The notes beneath the pieces were generated by a model that did no database searches, was not told the DNA's origin, and worked only from the letters and a program-made list of their open reading frames with translations. Positions 25,033 through 37,942 of a stretch of 64,000 nucleotides of DNA are shown in pieces (the first letter of the stretch is position 1; the number at the start of each line of letters is the position of its first letter). The position numbers and the translations under genes were made by a program. Source of the stretch: Camelus dromedarius (lineage: Eukaryota); contig NC_087436.1 in the NCBI RefSeq assembly GCF_036321535.1, forward strand, positions 101,992,001 to 102,056,000, given 5' to 3'.

Positions 25033-25336
25033 AATCTATTTTAAAGTGGTTATCAAAAGACAACGACCCCTGAGAGTTGGAAAGCAAACCACACGAACCC
25101 TACTGTGATGATTTATTTTATGTGCCAACTTGGCTGGGCCATTATTTGCAGATATTTGGCCCAACATTATTCTAGAAGTCTCCATTAAGGTACTTTTGAA
25201 TGAAATTGAAGTTTAAATTTGTGGACATTGAGTAAAAGTGGTTACCCTCTTTAATATGGGTGGGCCTCATGCAATCAGTTAAGGGCCTTAGTAGACACAG
25301 ACTGACCTTCCTTGAATAAGAAATTATGCCAGCAAA

Positions 25337-25822
25337 CTTTTTTTAAATTTTATTTTTTATTGAAATATAGTCAGTTTACAATGTGTCAATTTCTCATGTA
25401 CAGCCTAATGTTTCGGTCATACATGTACAAACCTATATTCCTTTTCATAGTCTTTTTCATTATAGGTTACTACAAGATATTGAATATAGTTCTCTGTGCT
25501 GTACAGTAGAAACTTCTTTATATGTTTTATACATAGTAGTTAGTACCTGCAAATCTCGAACTCCCAATTTATCCCTTTTCACCCCCTCCCCTCTCTGGTA
25601 ACCATAATTCTATGTTTGTGTGTCTGTTTCTGTTTTGTAAATAAGTTTATTTGTGTCATTATTTTTTAGATTCCACATATAAATTATATCATAAAGTATT
25701 TTTCTTTCTCTTTCTGGCTTAATTCACTTAGAATGACAATCTCTAAGTCCATCCATGTTGCTGCAAATGGCATTATTTTATTATTTTTTATGGCTGAATA
25801 GTATTCCATTGGTGTGTGTGTG

Positions 25823-25857
<35 letters not shown>

Positions 25858-26420
25858 GTACATATACCACAACTTATTGTTAATAGTGCTGCTATGAACA
25901 CTGGAGTGTATGTATCTTTTTGAATTAGAGCTTCCTCCCGTTATATGCCCTGAAGTGGAAGTGGGATTGCTGGATTATAGAGTAAACCTATTTTTAGTTT
26001 AGTTTTGTTTTTTTTAAATCTCCATACTATTTTCCATAGCAGCTGCACCAAACTAAATTCTCACTAACAGTGTAAGAAGTTCCTTTTTCTCCACAGCCTC
26101 TCCAGCATTTATCGTCTGTGCACTTTTTATTGATGGCCATTCTGACTGGTATGAGGTGATACCTCATTGTAGTTTTGTTTTGCATTTCTCTGATAATTAG
26201 TGATATTGGGCATTTTTTTCATGTGCCTACTGATCATTTGTATGTCTTCATTGCAGAAATGCTTGTTTAGGTCTTAAGCCCATTTTTGGATTGGGTTGTT
26301 TGTTGTTTGTTATTAAGTTGTATATGATGTTTATATATTCTGGAAATTAAGCCCCTGTCTGTTGCATCATTTGCAAATATTTTTTCCCTGTCTGTAGGTT
26401 GTCTTTTTGTTTGGTTTATA
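25337..26420 (-). mobile_element. Cetartiodactyl/camelid L1, 3' ~1.1 kb (ORF2 end plus 3' UTR)
   Basis: Minus-strand ORFs give MEYYSAIKNNKIMPFAATWMDLEIVILSELSQKEK and KRQPTDREKIFANDATDRGLISRIYK, the L1 ORF2 C-terminus. Poly-T tail at about 25338. Confidence 0.95.
25813..25859. repeat. (TG)n microsatellite within the L1
   Basis: Directly visible TG run with one interruption. Confidence 0.95.
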
Positions 26421-26699
26421 GGCTGTCTAGACACAAGCTGCAATCCTTTTCTGAGTCTCCAGCCTGCTAACCTACCTTGAAGGATTTGCATTTACCAAAG
26501 CCTCCACAGTGCAGAAGCCAATTCTTTAAAGTAAATTTCTATCTCTGGCCAATCCTGGTGAATGCACCTATATTGCTCCAGATAACTTCATGATAATGGT
26601 TTACAGGCACATAACATGGGGGAAACAATCAGAGCCTGGTGGCCTTCCTCAATTCAGGAGACTCAGGAGAATGTCTGGAAGCCAAATTGGCTAAATTTC

Positions 26700-27410
26700 T
26701 CAGGGCAAGATGGAGTGGTAATAGTGGGGACTGGATTTGTCCTCACACTGAAAGTGATCAACAGTTTGATGGGATAATTGGAAAACAAATTTCAAAATAC
26801 TGAATTTTAGAAAACAAAAAAAATCATAATCACTAGAAGTAAGGAAAATGTGAGTTTTACTCTTGCCCAAGTTTAGTGTCTTACGATAATTTATGGCCAT
26901 AGTTTAGAAAGGTGAACTGAGGGGAGCCCCATTAGACTCCCTTGTTGGGGGGATTGAGTTGTCATTCCAAGGGGGAAAAAAAGAAGTTAAGCTTTGAGGG
27001 ACAAATTACCAGTGAGGAGTGAGTAGCACAGGGAGGAATTCAGAGATGTGCTACAGCTATTCAGTGTTCAGATGAGAACTTGTTAAGTGCAAGCGTATGA
27101 AGAAATATTGATTCAAGGAAACACACACTTGAAAGGGCTAGGTTGAACAGTGTTCTGCCTTCACAGGTGAAGTGTGTGGAGTACAGTGCGTAGTCTCTCC
27201 AACCAGGGCAGAAAGTGTCGATCTTTGGGGCCTTGGTAGCACACTTAGGAAGGTCTTACTTAAGTAGTAAGGATTAATTAACTCCAGATAGAGTACTGGT
27301 GGTACCTCAAACAAAAAAAATCTTAAAATCAAGATGAAAAAGGATCAAATTGTTTGTCAGTAATTTTACTGCATCACATAAAAAAGCTCAAGAATTCTTA
27401 CAGTAACATG
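26700..27410 (+). mobile_element. Old L1M (L1MC-like) 5' region fragment
   Basis: 'aaaggatcaaattgtttgtcagtaattttactgcatcacataaaaaagctcaagaat' resembles L1MC/L1M4 5'-end consensus. Confidence 0.55.
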
Positions 27411-30189
27411 AAAGTCTGTCTGATCATCTTTATCTTAATCAGCATTATTACTTGTCACTTTGAAATTACCTTCCAGATCACTGCCATATTTATTCTGATT
27501 CCACAGTCAAAATACACAGTCTGTTTAGACTGCATCTTAACTTCTATTATCTTTTTTCTTCAGAATAAAATATATACTGTTTGATCTTGCAGTTTTGTGC
27601 ACTGTGTGGATCAGAAAATGTGGCCTTTTTTTCCTTAAAGGAAGCTTTATATTAAACAAACAAACAAAAAAACAATATAGTGTAAGTGATGCCTAATTAG
27701 AAGGGAATTCTTCTGAGTATTTGTGACAATGAATTAAAGCTCAGACCATTTTATGGGCTAGGAAATTACAAATTCTAGCAACTGCAAACAAGGGGTAAAG
27801 TAAGTGAATGATGCTTTATGTTGCTATCCTGCACTCCCTTTTCTGTATTGGCTTCATTAAAATAAACACTACACCTGGCTTACTTGAGCCTCACACAAAT
27901 GATAAATAGCTAAGCTTCTGCCAAAGCTCTTAGATATAGATTTTCTACATTCTGTGCCTTTGGCTAAAGCGGAATAACAGTTAAGCAAATCCAATTGGCA
28001 GCAAAAGTCAAGTAGTCCACTATTTGAGGACAGCTCTAAGTAGCAGCTGTACCAGTGCTGGCATGCCAAACTTCTGGAAGATCCTTGTGCATCCTTCTTT
28101 TCATTTCAAGTGCTAAAAGGCAACAGCATTCAAATGCATTTATATAAATAATGATTATCTTCTGAAAATGTCTGAAGTAAGCTATTAAAACTGCAGTGGG
28201 GACTACGGTTACAGGAGTAAAACATGTGCATTCATTGATTAAATTCAACCATTTTCCCCCCTAAATGTGACTAAAAGCAATGCCAATTTGATTGATGAAT
28301 ACTTTACCATAAATCTAAAGACACGATCAGAAAGAGCCCTAAAAGAATAAAATGCAAAATGACTGCAGAAGGCAAATAATCACAGGATCCTTACATTGGT
28401 ACATTGCAAATAATACATTTCAATAATGGGCTGCATTAGTTTTTGCCAGAAACAGAAAATGAGCGTGTGTTTGTAATTGGGGCAGCCCGATTTATATTTG
28501 TGACAAAATCATTGCTCACATTTTCTTGTCAAGTAAGGATAAAAACAGCAATCTTCCTCTTCAACAAAATTATGTTTCTGAAGCCAGCGGTGACTGTGAC
28601 TCCAAGAGACACCATCCTATCACTTTCAGTAATGTTCTAGTTCATATCCTTCCTAGGGGGCCATATCAAACATCACATTTTATTTAATTTGTCAATCTAC
28701 CTAAACAATATAATACAGAAACCAAAATGTAACTGCTTTAGCTTTACTATTACTTCTCTATGTTATTTTACTTTATTTTTAAAAATACTCATTTAATATA
28801 AGCATTTATAAAAGATTCAAGCAACATAGTTGTTTTACGTTTTTACTAAATTATTAGTTTCTTGTGAATTATTTCAAGGGCGTGACAGTGGTCAATGGAT
28901 TATTTTATTCCCAAACAACATACTCTACATTTGTTGGATAACAATAAAAATAATCATTACTATTATTAATTTATTAGGTAAATTTCTATAAATATTATCT
29001 CTATGATATGTTTTAAACACTAGTAATGTATAAATATACCTATAGATATATTTTCTTTTCAATTAAAAAAATTTAACTTGCATAGCATAAATTTCAAATG
29101 TTATGTCATTAAAATGCTTATTTGATTTTTTTCATGCAGTTGCCCTTGATGCAATCTCCTTTTGACTGGGATCTAATTGGAAGTAATCTGTATGGGGAGA
29201 AGAAAAAAAAAAATCACAAAATGAAAAAATAAATCAATGAGATTAAAATTAGACTTGCTAGCATTTCCCACTAAAAAATAAAAAAAGTATCCATTCTGTG
29301 GAGCTGTAGACTGCATTAATGAGAGATGTCAAGAATTAGTCACCTCTTTAAGGCATATCTTAAACGTGGTTGTAGAGAAATTCTAATAATTTTTAAAACC
29401 CTATATGTTAAATTCTTAGAGGAGAATTTCCTGCCAAGTTATGGGTTCTGTAATTTTGCTTTGTCAGTGAATATATACTGAGTATAATTCAATAATATAT
29501 AAATCCTCTTAAAATACATTTGTGATATTTGCCATGATAAAGAAAAATTATTTTTATAATGCATAGCTTTTCACATATTTCAGAAGAGTGAGTCATAATA
29601 TTTCAGATCAAATAGTCCTGATTATTTAACCATTATTATTATATTAGTGTGTTGACTATACTATTTAGGAATAATAAAACATAATTAATGTTGGACATTT
29701 CTAAAGCTGTGAACTTTATCTGGTAAATAAGAATTTTATAAATATATTTAGAATTTTAAATACTATGATTTCTTAGAAGTCTATCTTGGTGTAGTGGTAT
29801 GCCTCCTCTACATGTTTCCAATTTAAAATCTGAAATTACTCTAAAACTTGTATTTCAATAACAGTGTTTTAGGAAGAATATATACATATAGGGACAGAAA
29901 TATGGAAAGGCAATCCTCTTAGCAGGAAAATTACTTTATAATTATACTAAAAACAAAAGATAAATGCATATACCTTTTAATATTTTGTTCCTGATATGTT
30001 CATCTGCTCTTGTATTTATGATTTCATTGTCATTTATTTTTCCATCTCATGCCATGTAACATTCTTTCTTATCTCATTTCTTTTTTTTTCTTAAGCATTT
30101 TGATTCCTATAAAACAAATAACTTCTCTAGTTATTGAGTGCATTCTCTTCAACTTTCTTGCTGTTCCTCCCCACTTCATTCACAGAGAG

Positions 30190-31025
30190 TGCCAGTTATT
30201 AAATTATTGCCTCTCAGCTCCAAACTTGAACTTCATTGCCTGTGCTGTGAAAATGGAGCTGGACCCTATTAATATTTGTTTTTTGCTAACTGGAACGACG
30301 TCCATCTTTGTCAGGAGCAAGCTCTAGGGAGACATTGCAAGCGGAAGGGTTTTATTCCCTTGTCTGTGTGCTCCTTGCCATCAGCTTCTCCAGTCACATG
30401 GCTTCTCCAGTGTCTGGTTCCCGCAGTGTGGGCAGCTTTTCTGGGGCTAGGTTTCTGAAATATAGGCAGGTTCTTTAGTTCCAGGCTTCTTTCTGTAGCA
30501 CAGATGGCTCCTGAGAGGCAGCCTGCTATAGCGTCTTGGTTTCCCCAGTGCCAGGCTCGTTCATGTAGGAGACATGGCCACGACCTAGCTTCTGTAGTGC
30601 ACACAGCCTCTCTAGTGTCAGACTACTGCAGCATATGGCAGGTACCTGTATCCAGGTGCCTTAGCTTCCCATAGACTCCCGCTCCAGTGGTCTCCTAGCT
30701 AAATGCCTCTGATAAGACATCTCCCCAAGAACAGTTCTTCCCAGCATCTAGAGAATACATTACCAGCCAGTGCCACCAGTGCAACACCACAGTGAATCCT
30801 CTGCCACTCAGTGAGTCAGAGATGTACAGTCCTCCTTGGGAACTCTATCTCAGCTCTGGCATTGGTGGCTTTCTATATGCTATGCCTATATACGTTAGAT
30901 TTCTCTTCACTTCTTACTGGCCAATACATTTTACTCTCTTTAACAATGAAAGTCTTTTATATTAAACTTTCTCTATGCAAATTACCATGAGATTTCTATT
31001 TCCTTATTGGACCCTGATTGATACA
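30190..31025 (+). mobile_element. ERVL solo LTR, LTR41-like
   Basis: Starts 'tgccagttattaaattattgcctctcagctccaaa', has ATTAAA at 30961 and ends 'ggaccctgattgataca'. GC-richer than the flanks. Confidence 0.7.
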
Positions 31026-31369
31026 GTAGTCAAACTTTCTGAATGCACGGTAAATACTTTGCTTATTTCTAATTCCTCAGCTATATTTGAGGTGATTTCC
31101 TCTTACCTCTTTGCTGAAACTGATATTTAGTTTATTCACTCATTCATTCATTTTCTTAATATTTACATTTAGTCAATGTTTGCCATGCATCAGGCACTAT
31201 GCTGATGGATGTGTAAACCAATTATACTTAACACAAGCCCCAAAAGTTCAGCAATGAATCACAGAGAATTAGAGAGGACAATTTAGTTCAGAAAAGACCT
31301 CACAGAAAAGATTTATCATATATGTACTACTTAATATTTTACTTACTTTAAAATGCCTTCAAAAGGACA

Positions 31370-31460
31370 CAAGTTTGCATATGTAAAATTCTTTGGGCTG
31401 TGCAGTTAAGATTTGTGTGTGTTATCAAGTGTAAGTTGTTCCTCAATAAAAAAAAAATAA
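31370..31460 (+). mobile_element. L1MC/L1ME extreme 3' end
   Basis: 'gctgtgcagttaagatttgtg...tcctcaataaaaaaaaa'. Confidence 0.6.
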
Positions 31461-31924
31461 TAATAAAGGGGAAAAAAGGACACATGTAGATAGAAAGAAA
31501 GGGTAGGAAAAGTTACTACATATGAAATTCAAAAAAAAAAAAAAAAGAAACATCTCTTCTATGTGTCAAATCATCATCACTTCATACTCCAGACTTCCTG
31601 TAGAAAGCAAATTATATCCCTTATACAAAAGAGTAAAGCCAAAGGAAACACCCAAGGCAGATGATAACGTTAAAATATAAACATTTAGACTCCAGAGTTA
31701 GCATGTTATCTATTGCTCTAGAATTTAAAGAAAAAATTAAATATAATTCATGTAAGATAACTTGGTTGGCTAACACATATCCCACATGTAGTAATTTTGC
31801 TTCATTTAAATTTAGATCATTAATTCATTATTTGAACATTAAATTCTCTAAAATTCATCAAAGGAGCACTGTAAAGTTGGAAATTAACAGGTGTGCTGCT
31901 GCCTTTCTACCTCAAAGTAGAAGC

Positions 31925-31983
31925 TATATATATACATATATATATATTTAGCTTTTATATATATATACATATATATATATATA
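31925..31983. repeat. (TA)n-rich microsatellite
   Basis: Directly visible in the sequence. Confidence 0.9.
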
Positions 31984-32114
31984 ACAAAGAAGTAGGACAC
32001 ACTGAAAAAAAATATTCTGAGCCCTTCCCAGTTGTACTCATGATAGTAACCTTTACGTCTTGTTATAACTTTTAAACTTTTAGACAATTTTTAGCAGAAG
32101 GAGTCCCTTTCCTC

Positions 32115-32510
32115 CCAATCAGTTCAACCAACAAGTATTTATTAAATGCTTTTTATGTTTCTTGGCAAAATATCATATTCTGGATTGTCAAAGATGTATA
32201 ATGTAAGTTCTATATGTTCTTCTTTTCTTAAAAAAATTTGAATTTAGGCAACACCTCAAAGAGAAATTTCCCAAATAAAAAGCCTTCCAGGTAGAGCAAA
32301 CAGAGGACAAAGTACATGCAAGCATTTGAAGACATGACAAGGCACACAGAAGTAACACAGAGTGAATGCAGAGAAAAGGGGTGTTTAGTCATCCTTAAGG
32401 GATAAGAGAGGATCTGTGGAACATTCATTTGAAGAAGTTAGCCAGCACAGATTTTGAGGGGCTTTATGTCATGTCTAATATAAAAGTTAGGGAATAATCC
32501 TGTGACTATG
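32115..32510 (-). mobile_element. L2 fragment
   Basis: 'ttcaaccaacaagtatttattaaatgc' and 'ttccaggtagagcaaacagaggacaaag' are antisense L2 phrases. Confidence 0.55.
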
Positions 32511-33279
32511 AATCTTAATTTTTACAATAATTAAGATGACTTGGAGAGCCCCATTGTTCTGCAGTAATCCATTAAAAGTAAATATTGTGATTAATCAGAA
32601 AAAATAATTATATAATTGTTAAATCTTTTTTTCTGAGAATATAAACAGTCTTTGAGTATAATGCAAACTGATAATTACTTATTCATTTAATTTTTGGTAA
32701 AAACCAATTAGTCTTAAATAACAAGATTACTTTAGGTGCCTACAATGCCTAAATGTCACACAATCTCAAAGGAGAAAATATAAAATAGATATGTGAGCTG
32801 CTTCTTGCTTAAAATAGCTTTTGAAAGTAGGATAAAGAAATGAAATAGCCCTTGTGTTACCCTACAGATTATAAAGTAGTTCTTGAACACCACTTAATCC
32901 TCTCTCAATCAGTGCCTTGAATTTAGTAGAACAATTTGAGAAAGTTTATGCTGGGACTTAACCTACATCTAATCATCAGTTCACCTTATCAAAAGCCTTA
33001 TAAATTACTTCAGTGCATATTTGAGACTCCAAGTCTCAGTGCAGAATTGTCAAATGCTAATTATTATTTTGTCCTGATCACACAGCAAGCGTATATTCTT
33101 AAAGAGGGAGACTTTCAGGGAAGTAGATATGATTCAGTTCTAAAACAGTTAAGGAAGCCTCACGTAGGCATTTTTTAAGTTGTTGTTATTTATAAAATAG
33201 ACAATAAAATGTTATGCTTTTCAAATCATGCAAATAAAATATGGAACATTGTATCATAAATAAATCATACAAGTTTTTT

Positions 33280-33990
33280 TAGATGTTATCAAACATATTG
33301 ACATTGAGCCTTGATGTTATGAAATCACTGTATTCAGCAGTAGGAGAGAAACAAATATATAGAGATCAGATTATTTTCCTTCAAGGGGCGTATAGTAGAA
33401 GATATTCAACGGTTGATTACAATGGAAAAGAATGGCATAATTGTTATAAATTTTGAGTAGAGCTTCATGGAAGACTTAACTCACAAACCATACCTTGAAG
33501 TATAGAAACATGGAAGATGACTGTGTAAGCCATGCCATGAGTGTGGAAAACAAACTTTTTTTTAAAGAGATATTTCATTTCAGTTGAAATGGAGAATAGT
33601 TTAAAAGAAAAGACTGAAATTTTGAGACCATAGATAATCCTGTAAGTTAGAAAAATACATTTTTACTTTGTTCAGTAGGATTAAAAAAAAAAAAGAGAGA
33701 GAAGGAGAGAGAGCTGGCATGGACCATTGGTAAGACAGTTATAACAATCCAAGCAAAGTTTTGTAAAGATGGATATTCAGCAGTCTGAAGATGGGCAAGA
33801 GCCTGGAGATCATGAAGGCGTTTTGGCTTACATAGGTGACAAATCTAGGTCAAGTTTCAGGAATAACTTAAGATGGCCCCTCACAGTATGGTCATGAGAA
33901 CTAAAAACATGGAACAATATAACCCACATTTTCAGAAAAGAACCTTGATGACTTAATGACTGCCTGACTGTTTTCAGGGAAGAAGGAAAT
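33280..33990 (-). mobile_element. L2 fragment(s)
   Basis: 'agagcttcatggaaga', 'taagacagttataacaatccaagcaa' and 'gacttaatgactgcctgactg'. Confidence 0.45.
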
Positions 33991-34699
33991 GTCAACACAA
34001 ACTAACACATTTTCAAAGGAGTGTAAAGAGTGTTAACAAAATGAGTACGGACAAGTGGAGAATGAACCCATTTAAAATAACCTTTGAAAGCACAATTGGA
34101 GCATTAGATGATTGAATTAAGAATAATTTTCACCAGAAGGGTGAAATTTTACACAAGCCCAAGGAAAGGAATATTTTTAAAAACTCAAAGTGACTATTTG
34201 GAATGAATAGTTTCTCTTATATATTACTAGGGAACAAAACAAACAAACAAACAAAAGGTAGACATTATTATTATTATTATTAGTTATTTTACTTTAAGTA
34301 GTTTATATAACCTGACTATTACCTGCTTTCTGTTTATCAATGGCTTAATAGCGTAAATTTCTTTTATAATTTTTATGTGAATTATGTTTTTTCTCCTTGA
34401 TTATCCAGTTATTAACTTTAAGTCACAGATGAAAACGGTTTCAGAGCTACTTAAAAGTTGATTTTCCTGTGAAATTGTGGAAGTATCTCTTCAGCAGAGC
34501 ACCTCAAACAAAACTCAGATTTAATAGAGGAGCTAAAACAAATTCAGGCTAGTTCTTACGTCATTTGACAATCAGAAATATGGGATAAGTATAGACAACT
34601 AGATGCTCAAAGAAAATTAAGGTAATTAAAAAAAATGAACCATAAACTAAAGTTGGTATTACTAATAATTAAAATTAAATGTAAAACCAAAATAATAAT

Positions 34700-35070
34700 A
34701 GATAGGATAAGCTAAGCTATCCTAATAGCTGTAAAATAAAACTCTCAGATTTCAGTGGTTTAAGACAAATAGGCTTATTTTGCATCCATGTGGAGACTGG
34801 TGTAACGTCAGGTGCTCTAGGGGTGACTCAGTGATACAGGATGCTTTGTTTCTATGGTTCTACCCTCTCTGCTACAGCATTAGTATGGCAGGGGGAAGAA
34901 GTAGAGGATCTCACACCAGCAATTAACCGCTTCCACAGGGAAGTGATTCATGTCCATTCACAGTCCACTGGGAGAACTTGTGAAATATCCCAGCCCTGTA
35001 ACAAAGTATAAGGAAAGGACTGTCACCATTAACACTTAAAAGGAAAGAACACCAGACTTCGTTGCACATA
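34700..35070 (-). mobile_element. Old MaLR LTR (MLT1J/K/L-like)
   Basis: 'ggataagctaagctat...gctgtaaaataaaactctcagatttcagtggtttaagacaa'. Confidence 0.6.
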
Positions 35071-35439
35071 ATTCATATTTGCCCAAAATATGATACTGGA
35101 AAATACTAAAGAATCATCCCAACAGTCACACTATAAGCAGCTGGTTCATTCATTTTCTTTCCATCAGTAGTATTTATGTAAAGACCATCGTTTCCCAAAG
35201 ATCATCTGGGATATTATATTCAGAGTTTCTGATCATCACGAACCTCCTGTAATGATAATTTTTGACAATGCAAAAGCCAAAGCAATGTGCTGTTAGACTG
35301 CTTTACAAGTATTTCACTGGGGACTTAGGTATATGTGTGAGAGGTTAGTTTTATGTGGGTGTGGGTGTGTGTACAACTGATCTTTTCACTTTCTTGCTTA
35401 GATGACTTTAATATTTTCCTAGTGCTCTTAAGTTAACGT

Positions 35440-36420
35440 TTATAAAATTAAACAGCTCCTGGTACCCATCCTAATCTGGTCTCTTCAGGCTTTTCATTCT
35501 TAGCCAATTCTCCTTGCTTCCTTGTTATGCTCTAATTGTTACCAAGTCCAAACTCATTCTGCTCACCGCATGACCGGATGATAAATTGGAAGACGAGGTG
35601 TTGTGGCAAGGAATAATGACTTTATTCAGAAGCCAGCAGATGAAGAAGACGGCAGGGTAATGTCCTAGAGAACCATTTTGAATTCTGAATTCGGGTTCCT
35701 TTTATACTAAAAAGGGGAGGGGGTGTGGTTTGTTGTTGAAAACTTCTTGGTGTTGGAATCTTTTGTTCTTGCAGCTGTCCACTCAGGTCAGGTCATGGTG
35801 TTCTAACAAGCCTCCAATAAGACAAATGTTAGTTCCTAGTCTGCAACATTTTATCTTTATATGAATGGGAAAGTGTTATACCGGTAAAGGTCGAAGCCTT
35901 GAAAATAGGGTATCCTGTATATTTCAGGCTTTAGGCAACATTCTTTTACAAAAGATGCAGAACCAGCATGACTAAGCCTAGGAAACAGGGCACAGGGTTA
36001 GAGGCAAAGGAACAGATCAAGTATGTGGTCAGATTTGTTCTTCTCTATTACGCAATCACATTAGCTTTCTCTTTGAATGTGCCAAGCACTTTCCATCTCA
36101 AGAGCCTCACAGTATTATTTTCTCTTCTTAGCAATTCCTTTCTTTATGAATTTGCTCAATTTCTGTAAATCTTTGCTTTTCAGATTAAACGATTCAACAT
36201 TCTTTTATTCAGAAGTTTAGTTTCACCTTACTCAGCCTTCCTTGCATCAAAAGATCTTGATATTTCTATGTATGGTTGTAAGAATAGAGATTTTTCCACT
36301 ATGAAACGTCTTTGCCCCTTCCGTATCTACCTTTCTCTTGTATTGAAACTCCATGAAAGCTGGGATATGATTACTGCTATATTGCTAGCATCTATCCTAG
36401 TGGCCATTCCATAACTATGA
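35440..36420 (+). mobile_element. L2 3' region split by the ERV1 LTR
   Basis: 'ttatgctctaat' continues as 'caatcacattagctttctctttgaatgtgccaagcactttccatctcaagagcct' across the LTR; 'tgaaactccatgaaagctggga' is also present. Confidence 0.6.
35537..36052 (-). mobile_element. ERV1-type solo LTR
   Basis: Termini TGTTA...TTACG. Minus-strand AATAAA near 35620 and TATAAAAG near 35700. Near-TSD TAAT/CAAT of 4 bp. Confidence 0.8.
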
Positions 36421-36502
36421 CAGTTTTATAAAAAACAAAAGAAAGTATTTAAGTTGCATATTCGTTTCTCTAATATATCACATAGGCTTGGTTCTTTAAA
36501 TG

Positions 36503-36557
36503 TGAATCAAGATAGTATACTGTTTCTCTTGAATCAAGATAGTATACTGTTTCTCTT
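36503..36557. repeat. Perfect 27-bp tandem duplication
   Basis: TGAATCAAGATAGTATACTGTTTCTCT occurs twice in tandem. Confidence 0.95.
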
Positions 36558-37314
36558 CTGCCACATTTAAGAGATGAACATAATCTCTAGAAAGGTAAAA
36601 AAAAGTCTCTGAAATATGTATATGTAAAACAATCCTTATTGCACTGGTGTTTGAATATATACATATAAGTACCTATACAATACTCAGAAGGAAGAGGAGG
36701 AGGAGGAAAAGAAGGAGGAGGAGGTAACAGCAAAGACCGTTCTGAAGATGAAGAAGCAGCAGCCATTGACACTTGAAATTATACTTGTGTTCAATGAAAA
36801 GGACATTCAGATCATAAAGGACTCAATTCCCTCAAGATTCAGTGCAGGAAGGAAGCTTACAATAGAATGTGCCCACTTGCAATATGTGAGTATTCTGCCT
36901 ACTTCTTTTGACTGTGGCCACAGTCCAGACTTCTTTTGGATATCTACTGTTGGCTGGACTCCCAGAATTGGCTCCCGGCCCTGGTCTATCTTGTTGGTCT
37001 GTGGAATCCTCCTCTGAGAGATTCTGTTTGGAAACGCGAGCACTCTAGTGAGTACCACAGCACTTAGATTTTCAGGTATGACAACAGTGTATGCAGTTAT
37101 AAAACTGTACTTCCCAAAATCTTTCCTAGAGTGAGGTGCCAGAATTTCAGTATCTGGAATTTCCAATTGGAGTGGAAATGCACACTTGGGCATACTTGGA
37201 ATCAGAATAAGAAGAACCATAGAAAACAATAGGAATGTAGAGTAAAACATTACATAACAGACTTGGGACCAGATGGAGTCAGAATGTCATGGTACAGCAG
37301 TTTGTTAAGTTGGA

Positions 37315-37942
37315 TGTATTAGCTTTCTGTTGCTGCCATAACAATTACCAATAATTTCGTGTCTCAAAACAAGATGAATTTATTATCCCAGATTTTTATA
37401 GGGCAGATTCTGACTGGATCTCTTGATGTCTCTGCTCAAAGTCTTAGGAGACCAAAATCAAGGTGTCAGAGGAGCTAGGTTCTTGTCTAGAGGTTCTGGA
37501 GGATAATTCACTTTAGGCTTATTCAGATTGTTGGCTGAATCCAGGTTCAAGCAATCATAGATCCCGTCCACTTGCTGGTTCTAGACCTGGGGGTCATTCT
37601 CAGTTGCTAGAGACCGCCTGCATTCCTTGGCACATGGCCTTCCTTGTCTTCAAGGCTGGCAAGAGCAGGTAAAGTCCGTCCTGTACTTCAAATCACTCCT
37701 GTCTCTTCTTCTGCCACATCAGTCTGACTTTAGCTGGAGGAAAGTTTCTGCCTTTAATGGCCCATGTAATTAGATTTGAGTCTTTCTGGTTAATCCAAGA
37801 TAACTTTCCCATCTCGAGGTCTATAACCTTAATCACATCTACAAAGTCTCTTAGCCATGTGACATAAATATATTCCCAGCCTCCAGGGAGTAAAGTGTGG
37901 CTATTTAGGAGAAACCATTATTCAGTCATTATTAGCCTACAA
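37315..37942 (-). mobile_element. MaLR solo LTR (MLT1D/E-like)
   Basis: 'tgtattagctttctgttgctgccataacaattacca', 'aaatcaaggtgtcag' and 'taaccttaatcacatctacaaagtc'. Confidence 0.85.

Larger units (their letters stand above)
25104..26566 (+). mobile_element. ERVL MLT2 solo LTR split by an L1 insertion
   Basis: Starts 'tgtgatgatttattttatgtgccaacttggctgggcc', resumes near 26421 ('ctgagtctccagcctgct') and ends 'aatgca'. TSD CCTAC/CCTAT at 25099-25103 and 26567-26571. Confidence 0.85.

Noticed and set aside
36503..36557. Direct repeats as a CRISPR-like array
   Set aside because: Only two abutting copies with no spacers, in a mammalian context. No prokaryotic, organellar (NUMT) or viral coding insert was recognised in the window.
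36807..37250. 147-aa minus-strand ORF with a hydrophobic, signal-peptide-like start
   Set aside because: No family resemblance or gene context; hydrophobic starts are common in T-rich random ORFs.
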